Below, piece after piece: positions 38,701-47,700 of a DNA stretch of 64,000 bases. This DNA is from an uncultured virus (IMG/VR IMGVR_UViG_3300030388_001635) (taxonomy: Duplodnaviria; Heunggongvirae; Uroviricota; Caudoviricetes; Crassvirales). The stretch is from the IMG/VR virus record IMGVR_UViG_3300030388_001635. One strand, 5' to 3'. Made by a program: the position numbers and the translations under genes. Below the pieces are notes generated by a model. That model had not been told where the DNA came from and made no database searches. It was given only the letters and a program-made list of their open reading frames with translations. Every line of letters begins with the position of its first letter. Positions within the stretch are counted from its first letter, which is position 1.

Positions 38701-39649
38701 CCATAGAACCGTAAGCTTTTGTAAAAACAAATCCATATTTACTAAATTGGTCTGTTAATGTAGAAATTGTAGCTTTGTTGTTATCATCATTAATTAAATC
38801 TGAAGTAACAATATTTAATTCTTGTTCAAGTAATGCTTTATCTTTAAAAGGTTTTCTTTCTTCTTGGGAAAAAATATATTTTCTATTATTAACATCTAAT
38901 CTTTCTTCCGTATTAAAAAATGTTTTTTTATCATCATCTGATTCTATCTTTTTTTGTTCGAGAAAATCAGTCATTTGAGTATTTCTCTCTTGAACAGTTT
39001 CTGCTTGATTAGGATATTCTGCAGCTATTTCTTCTTGTATAAGTTTAGCTGTGTAAGCTCTATCAGCTGCGCTTTCTCTTCTTGCTTTATCTATTTGAAT
39101 AGTAACAGACTCTGCACTTACTCCGTCTCCGGCAGGGTACATTCCCATTGCTTTTACAGGGTCTTGATAACCGTCTAGTCTAGTATCTTTTGGAGGTAAA
39201 TCTCCTGCACCTATAACTGAATCATAATAATTTGGTTTTGATACATCATCGTTTTGAAACCCTTTAAATTCCTCTACATAATTTGGAGCATTTGGGTCTT
39301 TTGATTGAGGTGCTTGTGAATTGTCTACGTTTGTTTCACCAAAATTAAATGTAGCGGGCGGAGGGTTATCTGTAGTAGGAGGTTCTTCCAATTGTAATGG
39401 ACCACCTTCCAAAACTCCATCGCCATTTTCTTGTAAAATTTCTTTTTTTTTTTCAGGAACTGTTACGCCTAATAACTCAGCAAAATCAGTTTCATCACCA
39501 TTATAACCTGTAGATGTAAAAGATTTATAACCATCTTTAAAAGCATCTATGTTAGAACTCATCAGTCCTTTAAATTCATCTTTAGAACCTCTATATCCCG
39601 TTTTAACAAATTCTTTATATAAATCTTGTAATGCTTGTTCGTTAGCCAT
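29717..39649 (-). CDS. Giant internal virion/ejection protein (3310 aa) with zincin-like HEMGH motif
   Basis: Last gene of the ejectosome block; hydrophobic Gly/Ala segment; IYINP...IHEMGHVW...EAMA metallopeptidase-like motif at about 33713-33727; helical C-terminal region. Confidence 0.8.
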   Translation of the reverse strand: MANEQALQDLYKEFVKTGYRGSKDEFKGLMSSNIDAFKDGYKSFTSTGYNGDETDFAELLGVTVPEKKKEILQENGDGVLEGGPLQLEEPPTTDNPPPATFNFGETNVDNSQAPQSKDPNAPNYVEEFKGFQNDDVSKPNYYDSVIGAGDLPPKDTRLDGYQDPVKAMGMYPAGDGVSAESVTIQIDKARRESAADRAYTAKLIQEEIAAEYPNQAETVQERNTQMTDFLEQKKIESDDDKKTFFNTEERLDVNNRKYIFSQEERKPFKDKALLEQELNIVTSDLINDDNNKATISTLTDQFSKYGFVFTKAYGSMVARTSDGNAEITIDIDPLFGVGADDEVADLKNFLMLNSSEIVDSDKNMDFIGNSLKAQNMRSGRRVNKNGTVSSHLMGTFEEDGKFLVAPTLFPVDDENQASYANNWIELKGKKALDLAKERNEVFTFDTQEEANAFADGSWKGVNTIDVEAQQFYKERGLDYQQISQSFNIYQETRDRIDFIEDLLDGELQRDEFGDFKDSTMGDDVNRIKDLSLKRQAQYGDLYVNGELRDDIQEELARLKTQETALFGTAFNNKVKDTRNEFDLYLRKKEQAKVSEAVFINDTVKKEQSVIDEQALIRYGEKPMNLAKAINENTTRQEFVEMQQLQTQTLNLNFERKNAAMIYENSQLYLNRMENKKIQNDFVDNFEGFTEEFANGLQQGHAANSILQYAMGVDLIGGGDDDDVMDIALHIVDAMNNKTGNQSKTMLNWEDSQGFRESWDVVASDPLEWSTQLASKSIAMMLPYGAQLIPMSGVIGAGTGAGYGALGANPLTIAIGAKVGLGYGLRVGFAATTYAMEYTNSILEAITETGYDIYNPDEVALALQDQKVWDVGGARGHARGIPIAIIDYFTAGLAGRLFMPAKFAITSKGVLKTAGLITAERLVLDPIGEGVGETLAQENEILFGTGRNELDFKEIAAEMGGAFGNQGSNAVINMTLLNSNKRRNKLLADFTDPAFLATYTDATPEQILNFVNKNVKLGKIDASKGKAITDNLGILKSATDLLGENADPAVVARAMRLIEAQNNLGSTINRREVFKSNIKSINAELSELILTGKLSDKFDENTKTIEGIQGPTGTKVDNIKLDPLNESKFDVKSFNQFKIGTSTYETPEDFLKAVDKMSKEKLIKSNPAFTIKDNDALATALNDYVVKKMLGIEQESFKLEDYANQKQSSIKIPSEVQTKTPEEVAEGVPGGPKKVTQQSETQIEADRKAEIDDYFTTDETDGKVSDPIFISLREQILSDTFMTQTEKGKAQKFLVALGKTDKSHQQKVDALNKRYGESRRRPFVFVETEIDKINAKYDAMLESTESTTEEVTTEELASQEKEYLAKLKKDRKKKGSKVTVVDDNSFKTEIFKKGKFVSKKNIDDIKVGDVIMNKQGTSFTVTEIIEDSTVVGGKIFKSSQALMNQELMMSQGLYLTEKTSETITEKKSTESTTEEVSAESKEIFDQQVKEMEEGLDDKVDFRLKDENKVEPDRDEIEAITQRINLLESDNVNTKIETEESNVKLDVQELNNRTDTDLQVTSIELIDGIPAAFTISDQLTTGNVVNPNTGTTIDNLKGSIGFNGTTGNEQAAWAGTTKAKAENMLQNAEFIYQANKPKIDEFWANNPEYNGLVPVNVVKMAESGIISNEAMFRVLADNLTKIPEENKVKALEALKTEIISRRDKANKKKPFNDIISLLEGKDIQSIDDVVAPKFVKKLGLGARVNLMNIIGYGTPNKPGQTKKAGAVSELSSVTTALLENQDESARELLNIASIAEIITDKQMKDVPEGSIVAIVGVDVLNPGVVETTHPNYKYGVRGKSMGVLTNPVSMEKAYPIAYKKAMGSLVEKESQGKKVTGKQLRTNQTGLGIGIPSKDYIGAKAGSQSNINKLNNFLNISFPGTTIYTDSETFKIVMNSEGVMQYSKGNQTVYGVTVNGDIYINPDVHNSESELFNTSIHEMGHVWTDYIQTTKKGKLLYERGSVLVKKTKTYKDQLKKFDGNQKKAVDEAMAILIGNKGETIANASLQAKFKEWLLGMWKLIMDEFKMSKDYSEAEIQDITLDEFIGSALADIFSGKEIELSNIQQKQLKNPEAAFKQGLTAEQMVIRGREMAMPDDVVAAVLRKRLKLNEEQILALMETAIPTAFTNAKGGINVGEQIFNQVEELRLKRLKTLPEANRKVLVSEDGGKTFKNEKLKAEALKYRKEERAARKKDLEDNKLFKEQPLVNQKQMIAEYDAMLGTKANQAVQQEIDVILAELKGRKDSTKVSKDIRKRLSNYIRKALTTVSKVNKTELKSILKTIAEVDDVNFVAEVLRVQEIVNEIKVKDKQTFLQTIKDYVKKKTKIKRSNKKPKSGSLEYRGQEYFKVLNKALNLSREAFIQKKVELAALEVEIEEALTREANLKEGKSLNKADSILLAEAEIYARYDNLETKSIEELNDIFKGIKQEAKQSRQELLKRRLKRKERAAKIKAEADESIETNYPFLYGEKGLKTDREVEDSRKSNIQQFIDKGFLKFMKDFADGIFSPFIKTESGTNNLGVMLSRYFDSIISNTQTLFNILDGRKNEFFTKYFQKPLSKANFKREEGVRDVNRYVNKLAERAGFKNKGNLDVNKAYQNFKLALLKKNPMILSGIDVTENNPDGTFNNPTNDQLVYIYAIAKNPEVRARLIQQGFTEEKFKAIEEHLGNDVIGFADIVVDYLTNDSYDSINEVYVRNNDVNLDKIENYFPLSTKLDPTSEEKSIGFQSDVFSTFTAESPSSLKMRSRNSIINPATSFTDMLDSHIESTERYKAYADLVPELNRILKIPSVKLLLKESGLTSLNNEMLNFAINGRDNFETNSLDSKLVNTIQGAFVSYVLGLKVWQIPKQASSFIEAFKKFRYKGNLTYQAVDKATLGIPATAVDAIMFLGRYTQTLALTLAGMEGGIKTAKKISAGFEQRMLEALSGKNLVELETGNKSGKGLGAAVGKFLNPDGTITIAGKTYTTAELKGYVKSFIGAGTSIGDVMGVMGYMANYNQDIANGMTETEAALEFVEYNLTQQSRRDMDKGGLQRRAGLLRLLTMFGSTMFLQMNNTAVNMRNIMRSIRNGKMPSKTDIRGFIISGAVANMAFQATANMLMLTKGDEDEKLEAIKTIKRQMTGFTQLTRVPILGAAAESGINYMMGEKGNSGYSESGAVEPLLRIVKESVKGLNEEDYIAAIRPFLELRMGFQFDPVEGTARMLTGEGEIDKNLYDILNVPKTQRPGGGRTKKSSLPPMWMIETLNNPVLLEKVKELNRKKREVNKTKNDLKKKLRNK
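35226..35628. repeat. 28-bp direct repeat pair inside the giant gene
   Basis: ACTTCTTCTGTAGTTGATTC(T/A)GTAGACT at 35226-35253 and 35601-35628; encodes STESTTEEV. Confidence 0.8.
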
Positions 39650-39652
39650 TGC

Positions 39653-41599
39653 TTATTTCTTAATGTTATAATTACTTCCGTTTATACCTGAACTACTCCC
39701 GTCAGAACTTTCGTCTCCGGAACTAGGAACTCCATCACCACCGTTCCATTGCTGCTCTAGTTGGTCGGCTGCATCATAACCTAAAGCTTTTCCATAAGTA
39801 GTCTTAGTAACATTGTTTAATGAAATCATTTTATTAACTTGATTTTGAGTCAAAGGTTTTTTACCTAACTTTTTATTATTTTCTATTTTCTCAATAAGCT
39901 TAACCATTTGCGCATATGGAATATTTTGTTTCACTAATAATGGCATAGAAGTAGAACCGGGAATGTCAATCTTTATATAATCAACATATACACCGGTAAT
40001 ATCATCAATTAATTCTACATCACTATTATTAAATCCAAATGCAATAAATTCGTTTTCAATTGCCGAAATTCTATCTGCTTTAAATGCTTTTTGAAAAATA
40101 TCAATAGAATTAACCATGTTCTCACCGTCAAGCGTACTTCTCGTAGATAACGTAGAATCGAATGCTTTAGGAGTAACGTTAGAACCACCAAATGAAATTT
40201 CATCAGATACTAGACTAGGAGATGATAGAACACCATCAGTCATCTGCCAACCTTTAAATGCTTTAGAAGTTTTAGCTGATGCTAAATCAAAATTACCAAA
40301 CTGTTGTGATGCTTGTGTTAAGAATGAAGTAGGACTAATTCCCTTGCTTCTATCTATTGTAAACTCTCTTATATTTCCTTCACTATCTTGCTCTTGCATT
40401 ACCAACGTAGCTCCTGATGTTTTTAATAGATTATATTTAACTCCATTTTTACCTTCAAAGTAAACTAATGCATCTTTAATTTCTTGCTCAGTACCATTAA
40501 ATATTTTACCTGTTTGAATAATACTTTCGCTTTCAGATTTATTATCTTTAAAGTTCTTGTTCCTATTTGTTCTTTCAGCATCAGTAAAGTCTGTTTCTGT
40601 TCTATCCATCTTACCTCTGACTTGTTCTAAAATTTTATCTGCAACTATTTTTTTTAGAATTATCCCTTGTTCACTTTCTTGGTCAAACTCCCAAACACCT
40701 CTACTGTTTCTCCTTAATGGTATTTCATTCTTATCAATTACTTCAGCTTTTCCATCTAATGTAGTTTTATTGTCCGTACCTCCTATTTTTCCGTCTAAAT
40801 ATTGATATGTATATCCTGTTAAATATGTTCCTAGTATAGCTGATGTTGCATCAGGATTTACTAATTGTGCATTTATATAATCCGAAACAGAGTTTTGAAA
40901 GTTTTTATTTTGCCATGCATCATCAACAGTTTTTAAACCATCAACATTAGCTATTTTATATTCTTTAGCAGCAAAACCTATAGTAGTATCTACAATTTTT
41001 TTAACATCAGGCATTCCAATTAATCTAGAATTATTTACTACCATACTTCTAAGACCTAATGTATCATTAGGGTCAAACCCACCTGCGCCATCTTTCTTAG
41101 CCATAAAACCATTTCCAAACTCATCTACCTGTAAACCATAATTGTTTAAGTCTGAATATTTTTCATTCTGAGCTCTATCACTAGCACTTTGTGCTGATAA
41201 CTCTCCCTTGTTCCATTTTTCTGCAAAATTTTTGTCAAAGACAACTTTCTCTTTAGTAAACTGAGACATTAATTGTTGTGTGTTTCCTAAGTTTTGTCTT
41301 TCAACAGTATAATCTCTAAGGTTTAAACTTCCATCTGCTAACCTTCTATCTTGACTTAATCTTTGCTGCGATACTATGTTTGCAAAATTTAAAGCTTCTG
41401 TTTTTAATAAATCATTATCAGTTTCCGGTAAAGTAAAAATTTCTTCGTCAAACTTTTTTGATTCATCTTTAATACTTTGTTTTAAAGTATCTCTTCTGTT
41501 TATTTCGTCTGTTAGTTTATTACTTACGCTAGTACCAACTTTTGCCCAATTAATTCTATCTTCAGGGTCTCTTTTTACATATCCGTAATTTGTTGCCAT
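39653..41599 (-). CDS. Internal virion/ejected protein (648 aa)
   Basis: Position between the small ejection protein and the giant protein. Confidence 0.6.
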   Translation of the reverse strand: MATNYGYVKRDPEDRINWAKVGTSVSNKLTDEINRRDTLKQSIKDESKKFDEEIFTLPETDNDLLKTEALNFANIVSQQRLSQDRRLADGSLNLRDYTVERQNLGNTQQLMSQFTKEKVVFDKNFAEKWNKGELSAQSASDRAQNEKYSDLNNYGLQVDEFGNGFMAKKDGAGGFDPNDTLGLRSMVVNNSRLIGMPDVKKIVDTTIGFAAKEYKIANVDGLKTVDDAWQNKNFQNSVSDYINAQLVNPDATSAILGTYLTGYTYQYLDGKIGGTDNKTTLDGKAEVIDKNEIPLRRNSRGVWEFDQESEQGIILKKIVADKILEQVRGKMDRTETDFTDAERTNRNKNFKDNKSESESIIQTGKIFNGTEQEIKDALVYFEGKNGVKYNLLKTSGATLVMQEQDSEGNIREFTIDRSKGISPTSFLTQASQQFGNFDLASAKTSKAFKGWQMTDGVLSSPSLVSDEISFGGSNVTPKAFDSTLSTRSTLDGENMVNSIDIFQKAFKADRISAIENEFIAFGFNNSDVELIDDITGVYVDYIKIDIPGSTSMPLLVKQNIPYAQMVKLIEKIENNKKLGKKPLTQNQVNKMISLNNVTKTTYGKALGYDAADQLEQQWNGGDGVPSSGDESSDGSSSGINGSNYNIKK

Positions 41600-41603
41600 A
41601 TTA

Positions 41604-42497
41604 TTATCCCTTGATTAATGCTAAAATTTGTTCTATTTTGTCTGAAGATAATCCAAGTCCTTGAAGTGCACCTGCGTTTAAAGTGTTAGAATTATTAACT
41701 GCTTGCATAGCAGGTGGTGAGTATGCGTTAAAGTTTCCTTTAGTAGGGTCTAACATATATTGCATATTAGCTCCTGAAAACTTAGTCTTTAAAAATTCAT
41801 TTAATTCTGTTCCTTTCAAACCTGCTATCATTTGTTTGTCGGTTTCTGAAACCTGCATCTTTCCTATATTACCACCTGCAATATTTGTTTGGATATCTGC
41901 TGCTCCTGTTCCTTTTAATGCTTTAGTCTGTTGTGATTTTTTATATAAAGGCACACCAATCTCTACACCTTTCATGGCTGTATTTATTGCTCCTTCAATA
42001 AAATCTCCTTTAAAAGCTGTTGCTTTTGCTTCAGCATCAGCTGCTTTTTGTTGAGCACCCACAACTTCACCTAAGTCTAATTGAGTTCCAATATCAAGCA
42101 ATCTAGTTTCTTCATCAGCAACCTCAAGATTTAACCTATCTACTTCTTTAGCTTCTCGCATAGATATTTTTTCATTACCTGATTGAACAGCATTAAATAC
42201 ATTTTGTACATTACCTCCTGCTCTATCTTGATTTGCTGTCAATTCAACATATGACTCTCCTACTGCTGCAAGAGTATCTCTTTCTTTATCATATATATCT
42301 CTATTGATACTAAGCTCCTCATATGTATTAATATCTAATCTATCTCTTGCATCCTCCATATATTTCTCTGCTTCTCCTTCTGCACCTTCCATTATTTTTC
42401 TTTGCTTCGCTGCTTGTACACCTGAAACCACAGTAGTTCCGGCTGATAGTGCAAGTGACGCTGCTGCTAAAATAGCTGTTGTAGTTGCTAATGCCAT
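41604..42497 (-). CDS. Internal virion/ejection protein (297 aa)
   Basis: Ala-rich hydrophobic N-terminus followed by a coiled coil, typical of podophage small ejection proteins. Confidence 0.65.
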   Translation of the reverse strand: MALATTTAILAAASLALSAGTTVVSGVQAAKQRKIMEGAEGEAEKYMEDARDRLDINTYEELSINRDIYDKERDTLAAVGESYVELTANQDRAGGNVQNVFNAVQSGNEKISMREAKEVDRLNLEVADEETRLLDIGTQLDLGEVVGAQQKAADAEAKATAFKGDFIEGAINTAMKGVEIGVPLYKKSQQTKALKGTGAADIQTNIAGGNIGKMQVSETDKQMIAGLKGTELNEFLKTKFSGANMQYMLDPTKGNFNAYSPPAMQAVNNSNTLNAGALQGLGLSSDKIEQILALIKG

Positions 42498-42498
42498 A

Positions 42499-42909
42499 TT
42501 ATATTTTTTTTATCATCTCATTAATATTTTGTTCTGTTCCTAAATAACCATTATTTTTGTATATGTTTATTAAAGAAGGACTTTTAAGTATTGTATACGC
42601 ATATGTACTACCTGTTTTTTTAGCTACATCAGTTAATGTTTGTACTAATAAGTTTAAAGCATCTTTTCTATGAAGCTTTTCTTTAAAATTTTTATTAGAT
42701 ACAATCCATTCTATCCATGCTACTTTACTATTAGTTTGAATAATAAAACCTGCACAAACAGGTATATCATCCCACTCTACCATAATACCACCTACCCCGT
42801 CTAAAGGTAAAAAATCTTTAATAGGAGGAGTCCAACCCCAATCTTTCCACCATCCAACTAAAATATCATCATAGTCGTTTTTTTTAAGTACCCTTACATT
42901 AAATTTCAT
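42499..42909 (-). CDS. GNAT-fold acetyltransferase-like protein
   Basis: PVCAGF, AWIEWIVSN, ALNLLV and YKNNGY; usual position between the tail and ejection genes. Confidence 0.7.
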   Translation of the reverse strand: MKFNVRVLKKNDYDDILVGWWKDWGWTPPIKDFLPLDGVGGIMVEWDDIPVCAGFIIQTNSKVAWIEWIVSNKNFKEKLHRKDALNLLVQTLTDVAKKTGSTYAYTILKSPSLINIYKNNGYLGTEQNINEMIKKI

Positions 42910-42915
42910 TTAAAG

Positions 42916-42923
42916 CAAAGATA
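42916..42923 (-). promoter_or_regulatory. -7 element TATCTTTG
   Basis: CAAAGATA on the top strand, only 6 nt before the ATG, implying a very short or leaderless 5' UTR. Confidence 0.55.
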
Positions 42924-42929
42924 CTAATT

Positions 42930-43763
42930 TTAAGGATAACTTTTCATGACATCAGACTCAACAGCAAATAATTCTGTGGCTAAGATAGAGGAGTTTGTTA
43001 ATTTAAATCTTCCATAGTGCCCTAATATACCATATGACTCTGCAATTTGATTTTTTACAGCTGCAAAGTACAAAGTACCCGCAGGTATTACAGCAGCTCC
43101 TGTAGCATCTATTGTTATACTAACAACACCATTAATAGGTGAATAATTAATAGATTCAATTTTTCCTGCATAAGTTAATTCAGGTGGTGTGGCTGTTAAA
43201 TTACTATGATATAAAAAATCATTAATATTAATTTGAGGATTAATGTAAGAATCTAAATCACTATTTATTCCTATATTAAACTGAACAATAGGATTAGCGG
43301 TACTACCACCTCTTGCTGTACTATTAGTTATACCTAATATAGAACGTAAAGGATACTGACCGCTGTCTATTGGAGTTCCCACCCCTTCTGTAGCTCCTTC
43401 ATTTCGTAAGTAAGCAAACCATGCGCCTTCTTTTTTTATAAAAGATGAGGCATTAATAAATCCTGTTAATTGAATATCACTAAAGAAATCTACTGACCAT
43501 GCATCATCTGATTCTAAACTAATTGTTTTAAACACAAAATTTTCTAACGGAGACTCATTAAAAACACTTGTAATTTGAGAATTATAATCTATTCCATAAT
43601 ATGAATTTCTTCTCTCATTAGTATTATGTCTCCATAAATTTCCTTTGTTAAAAGAATAAAAATAATTATTCATACCAATCATAAAATCAGGATGATAAGA
43701 ATAAAAAGAAGGAAATCCTTGAACTCCTTCACTATAACTTAATGTGTAATTTATACAACTCAT
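42930..43763 (-). CDS. Tail stabilisation protein, C-terminal-part-like (277 aa)
   Basis: TLSYSE..QGFPSFYSY.P.....NNYFYSF..GNLWRH, FKTISLES, KKEGAWFA, GILGHY and ELFAV. Confidence 0.65.
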   Translation of the reverse strand: MSCINYTLSYSEGVQGFPSFYSYHPDFMIGMNNYFYSFNKGNLWRHNTNERRNSYYGIDYNSQITSVFNESPLENFVFKTISLESDDAWSVDFFSDIQLTGFINASSFIKKEGAWFAYLRNEGATEGVGTPIDSGQYPLRSILGITNSTARGGSTANPIVQFNIGINSDLDSYINPQININDFLYHSNLTATPPELTYAGKIESINYSPINGVVSITIDATGAAVIPAGTLYFAAVKNQIAESYGILGHYGRFKLTNSSILATELFAVESDVMKSYP

Positions 43764-43773
43764 AATTTATTTT

Positions 43774-44745
43774 TTAAGGTGGACATGTTCCAAGTGCTAT
43801 TACAACCCCGTTAACATCAACTTGCATAGTTTGATTAGTTGTTCCGTCATTTATTTTATAATATCCCGCTGCTAATGTACCACTTGATGCAAATTGATTT
43901 GTATAAGCAAACCCATTAATAGATACGGTTGTTGTAGAAACACTAGCACCACCACCAAAAAAGAATGAGTTAGGTGTAGTTGATAAATTACAAGCATCAA
44001 CAGGATTTGCCTGTACTGTTGAATTGAAAGATATTGCAGGTAGTAAAAAAGGACATTGTATAACAAGATTAAAACTAGCTAAAGGCGTACCCGGTGGTAT
44101 AAAAACTGTTATATCTACATCTTGTTGGTTTATATTGTTTACTGTTTTTGACACATTACCACACCAAGAATTAAAAGTAGTTGCAGCAGAATAGTTTGTA
44201 GGGTTATTTACACTATATCCCGCATTACCGCCCTGAACCCATTGAGTTCCATCCCATGTATATACAGGTTGATTTGTAAAAGAAGTACCTGCTGCAGGAG
44301 GAGTAGGAGTTCCTGAACCGTCACCTATCCAACAAGGATTATTACCTCCCGGAGATTGATATCCGCCATCATTAACCCAATCATTATATAGTACACCATT
44401 GTGAAGAACCTGAATACCAATTACTTCATTGTTTAATTGTGCGATATATGGTCTTATTAATCCTACAGCTGTACCTGTATTTATTTTTATACTATATATG
44501 CCTGCCGGTAAACTATTAAAAAAGAAACTTCCTTCTCCTGTTGAAGTTGGACTTGAAGCACATCCTTCATTACATGCAGGACATATGTTTTCTGATGCTA
44601 AAATACCTCCTGTTTGTTGACGATATTTTCCTCCAACAGAATAAAATCCATTAGGAGCTAGATTTGTCAAACCTGCATCTGTATATATTTTAGTTGCATT
44701 TGCAAAAGTTGTTCCGTCTAAATAATAATTTACTGTTATACCCAT
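43774..44745 (-). CDS. Tail-associated Cys-containing structural protein (323 aa)
   Basis: IYTDAGLTNLAPNGFYS module; G/T/N-rich composition. Confidence 0.55.
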   Translation of the reverse strand: MGITVNYYLDGTTFANATKIYTDAGLTNLAPNGFYSVGGKYRQQTGGILASENICPACNEGCASSPTSTGEGSFFFNSLPAGIYSIKINTGTAVGLIRPYIAQLNNEVIGIQVLHNGVLYNDWVNDGGYQSPGGNNPCWIGDGSGTPTPPAAGTSFTNQPVYTWDGTQWVQGGNAGYSVNNPTNYSAATTFNSWCGNVSKTVNNINQQDVDITVFIPPGTPLASFNLVIQCPFLLPAISFNSTVQANPVDACNLSTTPNSFFFGGGASVSTTTVSINGFAYTNQFASSGTLAAGYYKINDGTTNQTMQVDVNGVVIALGTCPP

Positions 44746-44755
44746 AATTTAAATT

Positions 44756-47700
44756 TTAACATCCACAACATGCATCAGATGCATCTGTAGATGAATAACA
44801 CATTTGTAGTTGCGTAGCTGTTCTCAAATCATATACTAAATATAAATATTCAGTTGTATCATTTGGCATTGTAAAAGTACTAAAATATTTTTGTGGTGCT
44901 AACGTTACATCAGTTGTTAAAAATTGACTTACTGATTGAATTTCATCAAATAATGCATTTATACTTGCAGGATTATTTTGATAATTTGTATCACTTCTTA
45001 AAAATCCAAATTTATCTTGAGCTACATTAAATACATAATCGTCATTTGGTTTTAGTACTGTTCCTAGTTGTACTATAGAACCATTAACAGGAATAGAAGC
45101 TGTTCCTTGTCCTCCTGTTGTTTCAATATAACTAGAAACTAATGGAACAAAACTTCCTGATACAAATGGTATTTGTTGTGAAATTAAAGGTCCACTATAA
45201 GAGCCTTGTGAATATCCATAATATCTTGTTATTAATGCATTTGCATTTGCAGAGCTAGTAACTACAATAGTTCTTACTTTTATAATTGGCGCAGCAGGAC
45301 AACTAACTGTTAAAGATAAACCACCGACATTTCCACCTTGTGCTGACACAGTTATAAAAGCAGTTGTAACAGTTAAACTATTTTTGTCAAATGTTAATGA
45401 AGATGAACTAGTTATTGGACCTGATGTAAATGTAGTTCCGTTATAAACAGCATCTATTGTAAATGTTGTGCCTCCACCTAATATAGGAGCTAACCATGCA
45501 AGTGTTACAATACCTACTTGTTCTCCTAATTCTACAGTAAATGATTGAGGTTCAGCCGGTTCTAGTAAATCATATTGAGTAGTTATGCCACATTTCTCTG
45601 TTTGAGCCTCTGCAGGTAACTTTATACAATTGCTTCCTAAAACATATTCATTCATGTAAGGGTCATAACCACCTAGTTTTTGTGTAGAAAAAGAATCAAT
45701 AAACAAATCTCTAAACCAACCTCTCATTCCGCTTTCTGAAATAACAGTTAGTTTTTCATTTTGAGCACTTGTTCCTTTAAGTTGTAACACAGCACCTCTT
45801 TTAGAATCAGTAAAATATTTGTCATAACCATAACACACAAAACTTTCAGGATTATTACTAATACCATAAACTTCTTCTCTTGCAATTTGAGTTCCTAAAA
45901 CTTGCGGATTAGTAGTTATAGCACCACCCCCTGCAGCATCAGAAATTAAATTCTTGCCCGCTAAAACATATGAAATTTTATCTTCTTGTAACACAAGTAT
46001 ATCAGTCTTACGACCAAATAATTTTTGTACAGGACCAAATGAGTCTTCTAAATTTTTAAAGTTTTGTGTACTAAAATTAAATTCATTTAATCTATTAACA
46101 TTAGCTTCATCACTATAACGCCCACTAAAAGTTAAATCAGAAAATCTATGTGCTTCTCTATAGTCTTGTTCTGCTACAGTTATAACTCTATTACCAATAA
46201 AAACTTCCGGACCTTGAATAGAATCTCTTATTTGTATACTTTCTGCTCCATTACCAAAAGCATAACAATTAAACAGCGTAGTTTTTATAATAGCTGAAAC
46301 AGTTGTAGTTTGAGTTCTATTACCTGCTAATATTTGCGCATTTGTTCCACCACCATGTAACCCTGTTGAAGGTATAATAGGATAACTTTGGTCTCCTTCA
46401 TACCACACATCTTGTATAGCAGGTTGTGGTTCAGTTTCAAATATCATTGTATCGTCAGTTCTGAATATTGTATATTCTACAGTTGCTGTAGACCTTCTCT
46501 TATCTCTTTGACCTACACCTGAACAAGATATTGTACCTGTACAAGCTAAAAATATTTCACCATTTGTTTGGTTAATTACAAAACGCCATTTATTATTATC
46601 TAAATCACCTGCATTAAACCCACTCATTTGAGCCTGAGCTCTTGTAGGACCTAACTCTGATACAGCGAACGTAGGTGTTGCTACAGTAGCTAAATAAGTA
46701 TTATTAGGAGGATTTGCTGCAGATGTAGAACCACCTGTCCATGAACCATCATTTAAATATTGAGCAATATTTTCACCAACCCAAAAATTTATAATATCTG
46801 TATAAGCCGCATTAGATACTACATTAATTTCTAATTTATATATACGTCTATTACAATTATTATTACCATCTCCCGTACCTCTTCTTTTAAACTCAAACTC
46901 AAATCTAACTTTTGAGCCTGCAGGAATATCTATATTTGTAGATGGACTAGCTTGATATAATTTTTCAGCAAATGACACCGTTACAAAAGAACTTGTGCCT
47001 GAGTTGTCAGTAAAATCACTTCTCTTTCTACTAAAAGACGATTTAGGGTCTACAACAGCATTAAAATCATTTGTATTCATTTTTACATAAACACCTGCAG
47101 GAATAGTTAATACATTGGGTAATTCAATAAAATCTTCTGCTTGAGCTTTTTTCTCTAATACAACAGTAGTTGCACATCTTAATAAAGGACCACTTGTATC
47201 TGATTTAACTGAAAGTCTTGTTCCTTCAGAAACTTTTTGAGCATTCTCTCCTTCTAATAAAAAATATGAAGCAACTGAAGCAGGGTCATTAAAAAACTGA
47301 TTACAATAAATAGTTTCATAACTTCCTGCTGATGGTTTTAAAACAAATTTATATCTTTTTGCCCAAAAAGGAGGTTTCATGTCCACAGGTATATTTGCTG
47401 TAATAGTGTTTTTTGTATCAGATAATCCACAAGAAACATGAACTGTAGAATTAGGAGCTAATATAGCTGTAGATGAACGATTAAATTCATCCATATAAAC
47501 AATACCAAGAGAATAATCTCTATCACTATGTAAACTTTCTGTTTCACTAATATCTTGCCATGTAGCAGATGCTATGGCTATAGTAAAAAACTCAAATACA
47601 GTATTAGTTGGTGTTGCTATATTATCAACCCAAACCATAGCAGGAAATTGAAAAGAAACAACATTACCAACAACAGTACTTTGTATAGCACCAACTCCCG

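Noticed and set aside
29717..39649. crAss-like virion RNA polymerase
   Set aside because: I found no DxDxD (DFDID-type) catalytic motif in the giant protein, and host-type promoters are present. A divergent polymerase cannot be fully excluded without a structure search.
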